A stretch of DNA of 64,000 bases, from assembly GCA_964394725.1 (NCBI GenBank), contig CAYMYS010000004.1, positions 821-64,820 of the forward strand, given 5' to 3'. Shown here in pieces: positions 19,384 through 28,581 of this stretch. The stretch is from an uncultured Syntrophaceae bacterium (lineage in GTDB: Bacteria > Desulfobacterota > Syntrophia > Syntrophales > UBA2210). The notes under the pieces were generated by a model that was not told where the DNA came from, ran no database searches, and worked only from the letters and a program-made list of their open reading frames with translations. A program made the position numbers and the translations under genes. Within the stretch, counting starts at the first letter, position 1, and each line of letters starts with the position of its first letter.

Positions 19384-19425
19384 CTCAAAATGTTAATAAT
19401 GCAAATTCTGGCAAAATTAACAATT
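19384..19425. repeat. 42-nt hairpin repeat, copy 1
   Basis: CTCAAAATGTTAATAATGCAAATTCTGGCAAAATTAACAATT. The stem TGTTAAT/ATTAACA encloses an 18-nt loop. Confidence 0.6.
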
Positions 19426-19588
19426 TGCGCATGCAGGGCCGAGACACCATGATCCTTCGCTTGTGCCTTCCCGGTTGAACAGAGAAAGTGATGGTTAGGG
19501 AGGTGGATTAGATCGAAGTATAAGTTCAAGTAGTGTGCAAAATACAAAAATCAGTAATATGCACATCTTGGTCGCCGGGGCTGCTTTG

Positions 19589-19630
19589 CTCAAATTACCA
19601 ATAATACAAATTTTTGTAAAATTGGTAATT
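19589..19630. repeat. 42-nt hairpin repeat, copy 2 (stem covaries with copy 1)
   Basis: CTCAAATTACCAATAATACAAATTTTTGTAAAATTGGTAATT. The loop is nearly identical to copy 1. The stem is TACCAAT/ATTGGTA, with three compensatory changes. Confidence 0.6.
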
Positions 19631-19795
19631 ATCTCTACCCATTCGACGGCGCCGCTGAATGTCTCAACAGAAACCGGGTGTAAAGAATACAGAATACGAC
19701 TAATCACTGCACAGTTAGAAGAACACTCAGGGGACCTGCTGCCACAATAATCGATCCTTATGCCTGAAATGCATTTGCACCGGCAATGAAACATA

Positions 19796-19866
19796 TCAAA
19801 TGTCATGCCGGACGTGATCCGGCATCCAGTATAATCCCGGATGCCCGTTTTGCGGGAATGAAATCT
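19796..19866 (-). repeat. GC-rich REP-like element
   Basis: Contains hairpins GCCGGA-cgtga-TCCGGC and CCCG-tttt-GCGGG. The minus-strand 29-mer CTGGATGCCGGATCACGTCCGGCATGACA (19801..19829) matches CTGGATTCCCGATCAGGTCAGGAGTGACA at 15316..15344 in 23/29 positions by eye. Confidence 0.5.
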
Positions 19867-20214
19867 TTGCCACATATTGTTGCCGGACCAATAAGGGCCA
19901 ATCTACCCCGCCAGGTCGCCTGTACAGTTTCATCGTGTCTGCGTTGCAGGTTTATCATTAAATACTTGACAAAACTTCCCTGATACGTTTAGTCGTAAAT
20001 TATATTTTTTCCGGGGGCTTTTTTAAAATTCAGCAAAGAGGGAACAATGAAGCAGTGCAAACACATACCCCGTTTCACATAAAAAGAGACGGGGTTTCCT
20101 GCGTTGTGAGGCCGCAGACTTTGTTATTTCTCGATCCATGCTGCAAATAAATCCAGTTTCATTCGTACCGATGTGAAGGTAGTAGATAAACTCATTCTCG
20201 AAGGAATGGAGATT

Positions 20215-23200
20215 ATGAACGATCCAGATATGCCTTGCCGCACTTCCAACTGTAGACGAAACAATTATAAAGCGCTACTATTTTACGTTTCTCTTTTTAT
20301 CGCATGCTTTCTATTGCTCTCCGGCTGTATGACATCAACGATCAAGATACCGCAACCACAGCCCGAGATTGTCAGGGAGTATAAACACGTAAATCTGTAT
20401 GGGAACTATCCCGGGATGCAAAATACGGGGATTCATCTAAACGAGGGAGACACCTATTCCATTTTCGCTACCGGCAGTGTCGATGAACGGCCAAAAGCAC
20501 CTCCGGGCTATAAATATGATGTGCGGCCGGAACATGGCTGGCCGTTCATGGTAAGGATTGGCAAAAATCCCTGTATAACTCCTCTGTATCAACGGAACGC
20601 GGTTTCTATTGCTGCGGATAATACCGGTGATCTGTTTATGGGTATCAGAGATGGGCAGGTCGATTCCTATGGGAGCCCTTTACATCCGGAAAGATATAAA
20701 GACAATATCGGCTTATATAAGGTGTTTGTCATTGTCTGGCATAAACAGGACTGGCCTCGGATTTCAGAGATCTTTCATCAGCTGCAGGAAACAAATCCCG
20801 ACAACAAGGCCGTTGCGGATGCACTTGATCCAACAAATAGACTGGTGTTAAGCGCCGAGCCCTTAAAGGCTAATGCCAAGGCCAAGACGATGTCCCTCGA
20901 CGAGGCCAGGCAGGTAACCATGTCAATGAGTGAGAAGCCCTTTGTGCCGCCGCCCCGCCGAATCCACGACATTCTGGATCTGCTCGACCAGCCGGGGGAA
21001 TTTGATCCTGAAATTACCCAGATACATGAAGAAAAAGCGAACGCTGTGCCGCCGGACACCAGGAACAGTGTCATCCTTGCTGAATTTTATCTCGAAAGGG
21101 GGGACAGTTCCCGTCAATTGGGCCGTTCTAAGCAGGCACTGGAGGATCTACGCACCGCCCTGCGGTACAGTGAAACGAAGATTGCCGGTCTGAAAAAACA
21201 GAAATATGCGGCGATACTGAGCAATCTGGGACAAGGTGAAATGTCTTTCGGAAACTACCGTCGTGCCCTTGCCTTACAGAAAAAGGCCTTGTCGATACAT
21301 CCGAGAAGGAAGGGATATTTGCTTTTAACCGTAATGCAACTTCAAATGGGTGATTTTAAGTCCGCCGAAGAGACAAAAAATGCCGGCGTCAAATTCTGTA
21401 ACGGGATTATAAATAACCCCAATGTAGAAGACATCGGCAAAACCTGGGCCGTCATTTTCAAAGTCGATATGCAGATACGGGTGTTGGAGGCACAGGGCAA
21501 ATATGTCGAAGCCGAATCTCTCCGACGTGATATGCAGGTATACATTAATCAACCGCACAGAAGATCGCAGACACTGGAAAATTTTCCGTGGGGATGTTTT
21601 CTTCGAAGGATTCATTTGGCCCGGAATCTGATGAATCAGGGACGCTATGTGGAAGCGGAACTGGAAGTGCGAGAGACGCTGAAGGAATCCATCGGACTGT
21701 CGGGTATAAATTCAGAGACAAATGGAACGTTCCTGCAAGATCTGGGAAATATTTATTATTCGCAGGGACGCATCGATGATGCCGAAGCTATTTTCAGGGA
21801 GGCATACCGGATTATAGAGGCTTCCGGAATAGCTCGAAGTTCCATACGGATGGGTTGGGCAAAAATGAATCTGGGCCAGGCGGCCGTCGCCGGACAGAAT
21901 TTTACCGGGGCCATGCGGCATTTTGATGAAGTCAGAGACGATATGCGAGACGATCTCGTTTTTTATGAAAAAATATTTTCTCGTAGCAGCGATCTGATCC
22001 TTTCACTGATCAAAACAGGTCGTATCGAGGAAGCGATGAGAACAATCTCACGATGGCATACGATATACTTGGAACAGTATGGCACAGATCGCTACGATAC
22101 GGCGGAACTGCAGGGTTTCAGAGGGATGATACATGCAGTAAGGGGTAATGATATCGAGGCGCTCAGGGATTTCTCCGAGGCCCTTCCCATCCTGTTATCA
22201 AAGCGGAGGGATTACGGAAAAGACCTGCGTCTGCAAGTCATTGTTGAAGCCTATCTCGAGCTGCTCACCAGAATTTACCGGGAGAAACAGGAAAAGACCT
22301 TCGGCATCGATGTTGCTGCCAAGATATTCAGACTCTGCGAAGCAATGAACGGCAGCGCCGTGCAGGGCGCCCTGAGTGAAAGCGGCGCGAGGGCGGCGGC
22401 AGTCGATCCCGAACTGGCCGACCTGGTGAGAGAGGAACAGGACGCCTTCAAACAGATAGGGGCACTCCAGACGACACTCTCCAATGTCATCGCGGCGCCT
22501 TCCGACCAGCAGGACCCGGTTGCCCTGAATGATATAAAAACAACAATCAACACATTAGAAGCAGCACGGGAGTCCCTCCTTGAAGAAATCAAGAGACGTT
22601 TTCCAAAGTACGCGGAATTCACGAATCCTCAACCGGTCGATTTTTCACAGGTGCAGGAACTGCTGAAACCTGGTGAGGCCATGGTGGTTATCTATCCAAA
22701 GATTCACCGTACCTATATCTGGGCGATTCCCAAAACCGGCAGGGTCAGTTTCTCCATAGCTGGTCTTGACAAGGCTACACTTAAAGATACCATCGGCCAA
22801 TTACGCACAGCCCTGGATGTCGCCCCGCAGACCTTCGGCGATATCCCCGCATTCGACATCGATGGGGCCTATAGTCTTTACCAGGATCTGCTGAAACCTG
22901 TCGAAGTCGGATGGGGTAATGCGAAAGACCTAATCGTTGTGGCCCCCGGTCCCTTGGCCCATCTACCCTTTTCGGTATTACCGACATCTCCCATTACATT
23001 GAGTCCAGAAAAGAAAGAACTCTTTGCAGGTTACCGCGCAGTGCCCTGGCTGATCAGGAGGATTTCGATAGTCCGGCAGCCCTCCGTCGCCTCCTTTGTC
23101 TCGATGCGCACACTGCCTGCGGCCGATACGGGTCGAAAGGCATTCGTCGGTTTCGGCGATCCCTTTTTTAACCGTGAGCAGATGGCAGCGGCAGAAAAAG

Positions 23201-23949
23201 AAAAGGCCGATTCCACGATAATGCTGGCGAGTCTGGACGAAAAGATACAGGTGAGGAGCATTCGAATTACGCAAACGGGGAGTCTCGACAACAAAGACCT
23301 CTCATCCTGTAATCTGGGCATGTTGTGCCGCATACCCGACACGGCGGAAGAGATAAGGAACATCGCAACCCTTCTGGGTGCCGATCCGGCGAGGGATGTT
23401 TTTCTGGGGAAGGATGCCTCCGAGCATACAGTGAAAACCATGGATCTCTCCGACAGCCGTGTCGTTGCCTTTGCCTCCCATGCCCTGGTGCCGGGTGATC
23501 TTGACGGTCTGGACCAGCCGGCGATTGCCCTTTCCGCCCCTTCCGTGACAGGCGATGGGGAGGACGGGTTGCTGAAGATGGAAGAAATACTGAGATTGAA
23601 GATGAATGCCGACTGGGTCATTCTCTCTGCCTGCAACACCGGTGCCGCCGAAGGTTCAGGGGCCGAAGCGGTATCCGGCCTCGGCCGTGCCTTTTTCTAT
23701 GCCGGAACCCGTGCCATACTGGTGAGCATGTGGCCCGTTGAAACCACCTCGGCCCGGAAACTGACGACGGGTCTTTTCCGCTATCAGAAGGAGAACAGTG
23801 GCATGAAACGGGTCCAGGCCCATCGCGAATCGATGCTGGCGTTGATCGATTCACCGGGATTTATCGATAAGGCAACTGACAAGATCGTCGCAAGCTATGC
23901 CCATCCTGTCTTCTGGGCACCCTTTATCATTGTGGGTGATGGCGGGTAG
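20215..23949 (+). CDS. Lipoprotein with N-terminal beta-rich (lectin-like?) domain, TPR region and C-terminal CHAT (caspase-like) peptidase domain
   Basis: The ORF opens at GTG 20173, but the ATG at 20215 follows GGAG. Lipobox FLLLSGC. TPR-like repeats (e.g. LGNIYYSQGRIDDAEAIFREAYRI). CHAT dyad contexts VAFASHALVPGD and WVILSACNTGAAEG...GLGRAFFYAGTRAILVSMWPV. Confidence 0.85.
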   Translation: MNDPDMPCRTSNCRRNNYKALLFYVSLFIACFLLLSGCMTSTIKIPQPQPEIVREYKHVNLYGNYPGMQNTGIHLNEGDTYSIFATGSVDERPKAPPGYKYDVRPEHGWPFMVRIGKNPCITPLYQRNAVSIAADNTGDLFMGIRDGQVDSYGSPLHPERYKDNIGLYKVFVIVWHKQDWPRISEIFHQLQETNPDNKAVADALDPTNRLVLSAEPLKANAKAKTMSLDEARQVTMSMSEKPFVPPPRRIHDILDLLDQPGEFDPEITQIHEEKANAVPPDTRNSVILAEFYLERGDSSRQLGRSKQALEDLRTALRYSETKIAGLKKQKYAAILSNLGQGEMSFGNYRRALALQKKALSIHPRRKGYLLLTVMQLQMGDFKSAEETKNAGVKFCNGIINNPNVEDIGKTWAVIFKVDMQIRVLEAQGKYVEAESLRRDMQVYINQPHRRSQTLENFPWGCFLRRIHLARNLMNQGRYVEAELEVRETLKESIGLSGINSETNGTFLQDLGNIYYSQGRIDDAEAIFREAYRIIEASGIARSSIRMGWAKMNLGQAAVAGQNFTGAMRHFDEVRDDMRDDLVFYEKIFSRSSDLILSLIKTGRIEEAMRTISRWHTIYLEQYGTDRYDTAELQGFRGMIHAVRGNDIEALRDFSEALPILLSKRRDYGKDLRLQVIVEAYLELLTRIYREKQEKTFGIDVAAKIFRLCEAMNGSAVQGALSESGARAAAVDPELADLVREEQDAFKQIGALQTTLSNVIAAPSDQQDPVALNDIKTTINTLEAARESLLEEIKRRFPKYAEFTNPQPVDFSQVQELLKPGEAMVVIYPKIHRTYIWAIPKTGRVSFSIAGLDKATLKDTIGQLRTALDVAPQTFGDIPAFDIDGAYSLYQDLLKPVEVGWGNAKDLIVVAPGPLAHLPFSVLPTSPITLSPEKKELFAGYRAVPWLIRRISIVRQPSVASFVSMRTLPAADTGRKAFVGFGDPFFNREQMAAAEKEKADSTIMLASLDEKIQVRSIRITQTGSLDNKDLSSCNLGMLCRIPDTAEEIRNIATLLGADPARDVFLGKDASEHTVKTMDLSDSRVVAFASHALVPGDLDGLDQPAIALSAPSVTGDGEDGLLKMEEILRLKMNADWVILSACNTGAAEGSGAEAVSGLGRAFFYAGTRAILVSMWPVETTSARKLTTGLFRYQKENSGMKRVQAHRESMLALIDSPGFIDKATDKIVASYAHPVFWAPFIIVGDGG

Positions 23950-24141
23950 TGAAAGCTGTCCCACACCTTTGTACTTTTTTATACCGGGTACCCTTTATAT
24001 TGATATAGGGGGAGTAGGGGGGAAGACCGCTTATAAAAAAACATTGACAATCGTCAGTATTTTCCGTACTCTTGAAAGGACTATTGTTTGAGGGGTGAAT
24101 AAAAGAAATATGACGTAAAACCAAATAGGAGGAGAATTATT

Positions 24142-25164
24142 ATGTTGAAGAAAAAACATGTTTTGCTTTGCATCGTAACAGTTTTGGCTTTATCAATGGT
24201 TTTTGTCGGTCCTACCTTTGCAGCTAAGAAGTTCTTTGCCGTAGCTACAGGTGGAACGGGAGGAACCTACTATCCTCTGGGTGGAGCCCTTGCCCAGGCC
24301 CTGTCAACAAAGATTCCTGATCTGATCGTAACGGCACAGTCCGGGAATGCCTCCACCGCCAATCTCAATCTCATCCGCAGTCACGGCATTGAGTCGGCAT
24401 TCGTACAGAACAATACCGCTTTCCAGGCATATACCGGCATCGACCAGTTTAAAGGAAAACCCGTCAAGAATGTGCGTGGCATCGCTTCTCTCTATCCTGA
24501 GGTGATCCAGATAACAACGTTGAAGAGCGCCGGCATTAAGTCCGTTAAAGAACTGGCAGGTAAACGTGTCGTTCCCGGCGACAGGGGCAGTGGAACTGCA
24601 GTCGATGCAGAGAATATCCTGAAAGCGGCGGGTATGACCTTCAAGGATTTCGGCGAACTCGACTGGCTCAGTTTTACAGGCATCTCGCAGCGTATGAAAG
24701 ATGGCCAGGCCGACGCCGGATTCATTACCGCCGGCATCCCCACATCATCAGTCATGGAACTCACCTCTCAGACAGATATCACCATCCTCGACATCGATGA
24801 CAAACTCATCAAGAAAGTCACCGACGCATGGCCCTTCTATGCAAAGGTTACCATTCCTGCTGGCACATACAGGGGACAGGATGTAGCCGTCGATACCGTA
24901 GCCGTCATGGCGCAGTGGGTAGTCGATGCGGCTATTCCCGAGGACATCGTTTATCAGCTGACCGTGGCCCTCTGGGAAAAGGGTAAACACGTCCTGAGAA
25001 AATCGAAGGGAATGGCTGCCGAGGCACCCAGTGCTGCGACAATCATGGGGCAGGTCCACGCCAAGGGCAAGGACGTGACACTCGATACCGCCCTTGATGG
25101 TATGGCGATTCCGCTTCATCCAGGCGCTGCGAAATTCTACAAGGAAAAAGGTTTGATAAAATAG
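24142..25164 (+). CDS. TAXI-family TRAP transporter solute-binding protein (paralog 2)
   Basis: 340 aa. Signal peptide, ATGGTGGTYYPLGGALAQ and HPGAAKFYKEKG. AGGAGG SD upstream. Confidence 0.9.
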   Translation: MLKKKHVLLCIVTVLALSMVFVGPTFAAKKFFAVATGGTGGTYYPLGGALAQALSTKIPDLIVTAQSGNASTANLNLIRSHGIESAFVQNNTAFQAYTGIDQFKGKPVKNVRGIASLYPEVIQITTLKSAGIKSVKELAGKRVVPGDRGSGTAVDAENILKAAGMTFKDFGELDWLSFTGISQRMKDGQADAGFITAGIPTSSVMELTSQTDITILDIDDKLIKKVTDAWPFYAKVTIPAGTYRGQDVAVDTVAVMAQWVVDAAIPEDIVYQLTVALWEKGKHVLRKSKGMAAEAPSAATIMGQVHAKGKDVTLDTALDGMAIPLHPGAAKFYKEKGLIK

Positions 25165-25200
25165 CACGCGCTGTCCTGACTCACATCCAGAGAAAGGAGA

Positions 25201-25234
25201 TTGGGCACCGCTATAGTCGGTGCCCAATTTTATT
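25201..25234 (+). terminator. Intrinsic-terminator-like hairpin between the binding-protein gene and DUF1850/permease genes
   Basis: Perfect 10-bp stem TTGGGCACCG-ctatagt-CGGTGCCCAA followed by TTTTATT. It ends one nucleotide before ATG 25235. Confidence 0.65.
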
Positions 25235-25747
25235 ATGTGTAGAAACGTCATCGCCTCTACCGTCCTCGTCTTCTGTATACTTGTAGCGATTTTGCTCGTT
25301 CAGTTGCATGTTTTTCAAATCAAGGTCCTGCGGGAAGACACTGTTCTGTATCTTGAAAGGGTACGGCCCGGTTTCCACTTTTCCCTCGGTTTCATGCATT
25401 CCGTAGAGCACTGCCCCGTATGGGATCACCTGAAGGTTGATGACGACTATAGAATGATAACCTATGCGACGGAGTTTTGGTCGAGCCGGACGGGGCTTCC
25501 CTATGCCGCATTCGGCGATGAGACATTTCGTGCCGAGGGGGATCATTTCATCATAGAAAACATGCACCGTGTCATTCCCGCTGTTATCCAGTGGGTCGAT
25601 ACTGAATACGACAATACCTTGAGATTCGGAGACGGGCGGGAGTTCAAGCTTGCCTCTCTGGCAGGGAATACGCTCTTAGGAATGACGATAGAACGGGTAC
25701 GTCTCGGGTATTATCTCTATTACAGAATAATGTACTCCACACAATAG
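25235..25747 (+). CDS. DUF1850 domain protein (paralog 2)
   Basis: The track ORF starts at GTG 25220, inside the hairpin stem. ATG 25235 gives MCRNVIASTVLVFCILVAILLV, parallel to the paralog at 2375..2890. Confidence 0.75.
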   Translation: MCRNVIASTVLVFCILVAILLVQLHVFQIKVLREDTVLYLERVRPGFHFSLGFMHSVEHCPVWDHLKVDDDYRMITYATEFWSSRTGLPYAAFGDETFRAEGDHFIIENMHRVIPAVIQWVDTEYDNTLRFGDGREFKLASLAGNTLLGMTIERVRLGYYLYYRIMYSTQ

Positions 25748-25759
25748 AGGAGCGCTGGC

Positions 25760-28501
25760 ATGGAAAAGGAAAATAATGATCTCTTCACGGCAGATGTATC
25801 AGAAAACTTAGAAGAAATATCGAAATATGACCCCGATTTCAGATTCCGAACCCTCTCGGGGATAACGATGAAGCTTGCCTTTTTTATGACGCAGGTGCTC
25901 TCCATATTTCATATCTACACGGCAGGTTTCGGCGTCTTTCAGGAGTGGAGACATCGCGCCTTTCACCTGGCCTTTGTCCTTCCCCTCGTATATTTTCTCT
26001 ATTCCATCAGAAAAAAGGATACCCAGGGAAGGAAGTTTCTTGTCTATGACATAATCTATGGTGTCGTCGGATCTTCTTTAGCGACTGCCATGTTCCGAGA
26101 AATCCTCGAACTTTCGACGGCAGCTTCTTTTGTCCTCGCAGTTGTCACATTTGTAGGCATCGTATACTTCAAACACCGCCAGTTTCTTGAAAAGAAGATC
26201 TTTATGTACTGCGATTTTGCCATATTTACAGCCATGATTGGTGGTTTCTTTTTCGGAGCATTGAAGGCCTATCACTCTATCGATTTTACAGAGGTTTTTA
26301 ATGCCCCCAACATGTCGCTCCTCTTCTGGAGTATTTTCCTCTTTGCAACCTTTCTCAGTATCCTTCTGCTCTTCATTGTCCACTGGGCAAGGGCTCTTAC
26401 TGCAATCATCTCCACCGGTTCTTTCAATTACCAAAACGATGACATCCCCTACTTCGATATTTTTCTTGTTCTCATGGCGTCGGCCTTTTCCGTCTTTATA
26501 TTTCTGGAATTCAACAGTCTCGTCTACCGTGCCGGAATGCCGATTAAGGTTGATCTGGTCATAGGTGCCTTCGCCTTCCTGCTCATCATGGAAGGTGCCA
26601 GAAGGAGCATCGGTTCCCCGCTTCCCATCATAGCCTTTCTCGTTTTGATAAACTGCTATCTGGGCCCCTACTTTCTGAATATCCCGGGGCTCAGCTTCTT
26701 CGCCCACAGGGGCTATTCCATAGAACGGATCATTGAGCATATGTTCCTGGGAACGGAGGGCATTTACGGCATACCCCTCGGCGTTGTTGCCACCTTCGTC
26801 TTTCATTTCGTCCTATTCGGCATTTTTATATCTAAGACGGGTCTGGGACAGCTCTTTATGGATCTTGCCATGGCCCTGGCCGGATGGTCCGCCGGAGGGC
26901 CGGCCAAGGTTTCCGTCATCAGCAGTGGTTTCATGGGTTCCATAAGCGGGAGTTCCATCGCCAATACGGTTACAACGGGGGCCTTCACCATTCCCCTCAT
27001 GCGGAAAGTCGGTTACCGTCCACAGTTTGCCGGGGCGGTGGAAGCTGCATCTTCCACGGGCGGGCAATTGATGCCCCCCATCATGGGTGCTGCCGCCTTC
27101 ATCATGTCGGAGTTTCTAGGTATTCCCTATATCAAGATTGCCGCCGCCGCAGTTATTCCGGCGATTCTCCACTTTTTTGCCATTGCGACGATGGTTCACT
27201 TCGAGGCAAAGAAGAGCGGCCTCGTGGGAATTCCCCGGGACAAGCTGCCAAAGACGATGAAAATACTGAAGGAAAAGTGGCCCCTTGTCGCCCCTCTGAT
27301 TATTATTGTCTGGCTCCTCGTTTCGGGAAGCAGCCCCTTCCTGGCAGCCTTCTGGGGAATCTTCTTTTCCGTTGCCATCGGTCAGGTTCACGACAGGACC
27401 ACGCCCTTCCTCATAACGATTATCCTTGCGGCGCCCGCTATCCTTTTTCGGTATAACCCATTCAGTCCCTTTACCGTGGGAACGATTATCTGGATAGCCT
27501 TCTTCGTCCTTGGATTTGCCTATTCACTAAAGAAAACCGATATCAGAAACTGGTGTATCTGCCTCAGCTCGGGCATCCTTCTTGTACTCCTGCATATTCT
27601 TAATGTCGATTATTTCCTCTCGGCATTCTGGACCCTGGCGGTTGTCATAGGAATCGGGGTCTTTTATAAGGAAAGCAGGATGAGAATTCCCGATATTATG
27701 GAAACTCTGGAGCTCGGGACGAAAAATGCCCTTGCCATCGGAGCGGCCTGTGCCTGCATCGGATTTATTGTCGGCGCAACAACCCTGACAGGTCTGGGGC
27801 TCAAGTTTGCCGCGGCAATCATAGAACTGGCAAAGGGAGTAGCCACTGTCTTTATGACCTTTGACGTCTTCAACCTGCTCACGATTGGCGGAACGTCGCT
27901 CTTCTTCACCCTTTTCTTTACTGCCATAGCCTGTTTTATCCTTGGCATGGGTATTCCCACGACGGCGCAATACATCATCGCGTCGATGATCGCGGCGCCG
28001 GCGCTTCTTCAGTGGGGCATCCACCCCCTCGTTTCTCACATGTTTGTTCTCTTCTACGCCGTCCTTGCCGACGTGACGCCACCCGTCGCGCTGGCCGCCT
28101 ATGCGGCATCGGGCATATCGGGAGCGGATCCCTTTCGGACAGGAATCACCGCATTTGGCCTCGCCTCGGCTGGCTTTATCGTGCCCTTTGTCCTCGTATC
28201 GGCGCCCATACTCCTCTGGCTTCCCGCGCTGCTCGATCCCTCTGTGCCATTCGACTTTATACTCTTCGGCAGGGTCGTCATAACCCTCTTCATGGGCGTC
28301 ATAGCCCTTGGTGCCACAGTCATCGGATATTTCGTAGCGCGGTCCCTCGTCATGGAACGTATATTGACTGGTCTGTCGGCCATTTTATTGATTTACCCGG
28401 AACCGAGCAGTGACATTGTGGGTGCCCTGCTTTTAATAGGGGTTTACATTATACAGAAGATGCGAATTAAAAGAGAGGCTGCGCCTCTCCCCTCGGAATG
28501 A
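25760..28501 (+). CDS. TRAP transporter fused 4TM/12TM permease (paralog 2)
   Basis: 913 aa and highly hydrophobic. HIYTAGFGVFQEWRHRAFH, SISGSSIANTVTTGAFTIPLMRKVGY, GGQLMPPIMGAAAFIM. Confidence 0.9.
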   Translation: MEKENNDLFTADVSENLEEISKYDPDFRFRTLSGITMKLAFFMTQVLSIFHIYTAGFGVFQEWRHRAFHLAFVLPLVYFLYSIRKKDTQGRKFLVYDIIYGVVGSSLATAMFREILELSTAASFVLAVVTFVGIVYFKHRQFLEKKIFMYCDFAIFTAMIGGFFFGALKAYHSIDFTEVFNAPNMSLLFWSIFLFATFLSILLLFIVHWARALTAIISTGSFNYQNDDIPYFDIFLVLMASAFSVFIFLEFNSLVYRAGMPIKVDLVIGAFAFLLIMEGARRSIGSPLPIIAFLVLINCYLGPYFLNIPGLSFFAHRGYSIERIIEHMFLGTEGIYGIPLGVVATFVFHFVLFGIFISKTGLGQLFMDLAMALAGWSAGGPAKVSVISSGFMGSISGSSIANTVTTGAFTIPLMRKVGYRPQFAGAVEAASSTGGQLMPPIMGAAAFIMSEFLGIPYIKIAAAAVIPAILHFFAIATMVHFEAKKSGLVGIPRDKLPKTMKILKEKWPLVAPLIIIVWLLVSGSSPFLAAFWGIFFSVAIGQVHDRTTPFLITIILAAPAILFRYNPFSPFTVGTIIWIAFFVLGFAYSLKKTDIRNWCICLSSGILLVLLHILNVDYFLSAFWTLAVVIGIGVFYKESRMRIPDIMETLELGTKNALAIGAACACIGFIVGATTLTGLGLKFAAAIIELAKGVATVFMTFDVFNLLTIGGTSLFFTLFFTAIACFILGMGIPTTAQYIIASMIAAPALLQWGIHPLVSHMFVLFYAVLADVTPPVALAAYAASGISGADPFRTGITAFGLASAGFIVPFVLVSAPILLWLPALLDPSVPFDFILFGRVVITLFMGVIALGATVIGYFVARSLVMERILTGLSAILLIYPEPSSDIVGALLLIGVYIIQKMRIKREAAPLPSE

Positions 28502-28581
28502 CGGCTATGCCTGATGAAAGATTCGATGCCGAATAGGGCAGTCAGGACTTTCTCATGACCTAAAAATCTGATAATGACAGA

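Noticed and set aside
19384-19630. The hairpin repeats as a CRISPR array.
   Set aside because: There are only two copies, separated by ~160 nt. The repeat sequences are not identical, and no cas genes are present.
20173-20214. Extended N-termini from the ORF track: GTG 20173 for CHAT, 16235 for the HD protein, 51321 for azlC, 62564 for the thiolase, 35981 for xseB, and 25220 for DUF1850.
   Set aside because: In most of these cases an internal ATG has a good Shine-Dalgarno sequence or gives the canonical family N-terminus, and several extensions overlap the upstream gene. Support is weaker for azlC and DUF1850. The extensions are kept only as alternatives.
20215-23949. TPR-CHAT protein as a CRISPR type III-E (Csx29-like) or other defence-system component.
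   Set aside because: The window has no gRAMP/Cas7-11, other cas genes, CRISPR array or neighbouring effector/sensor genes. The protein also carries a lipoprotein signal, which does not fit a cytoplasmic CRISPR accessory protease.
24044-24072. Sigma-70-like promoter TTGACA-N17-TACTCT upstream of the second TAXI locus. Similar weak -35/-10 pairs occur near 13280 and 52040.
   Set aside because: They are plausible, but the -10 matches are weak and there are no transcript data. They are not reported as features.
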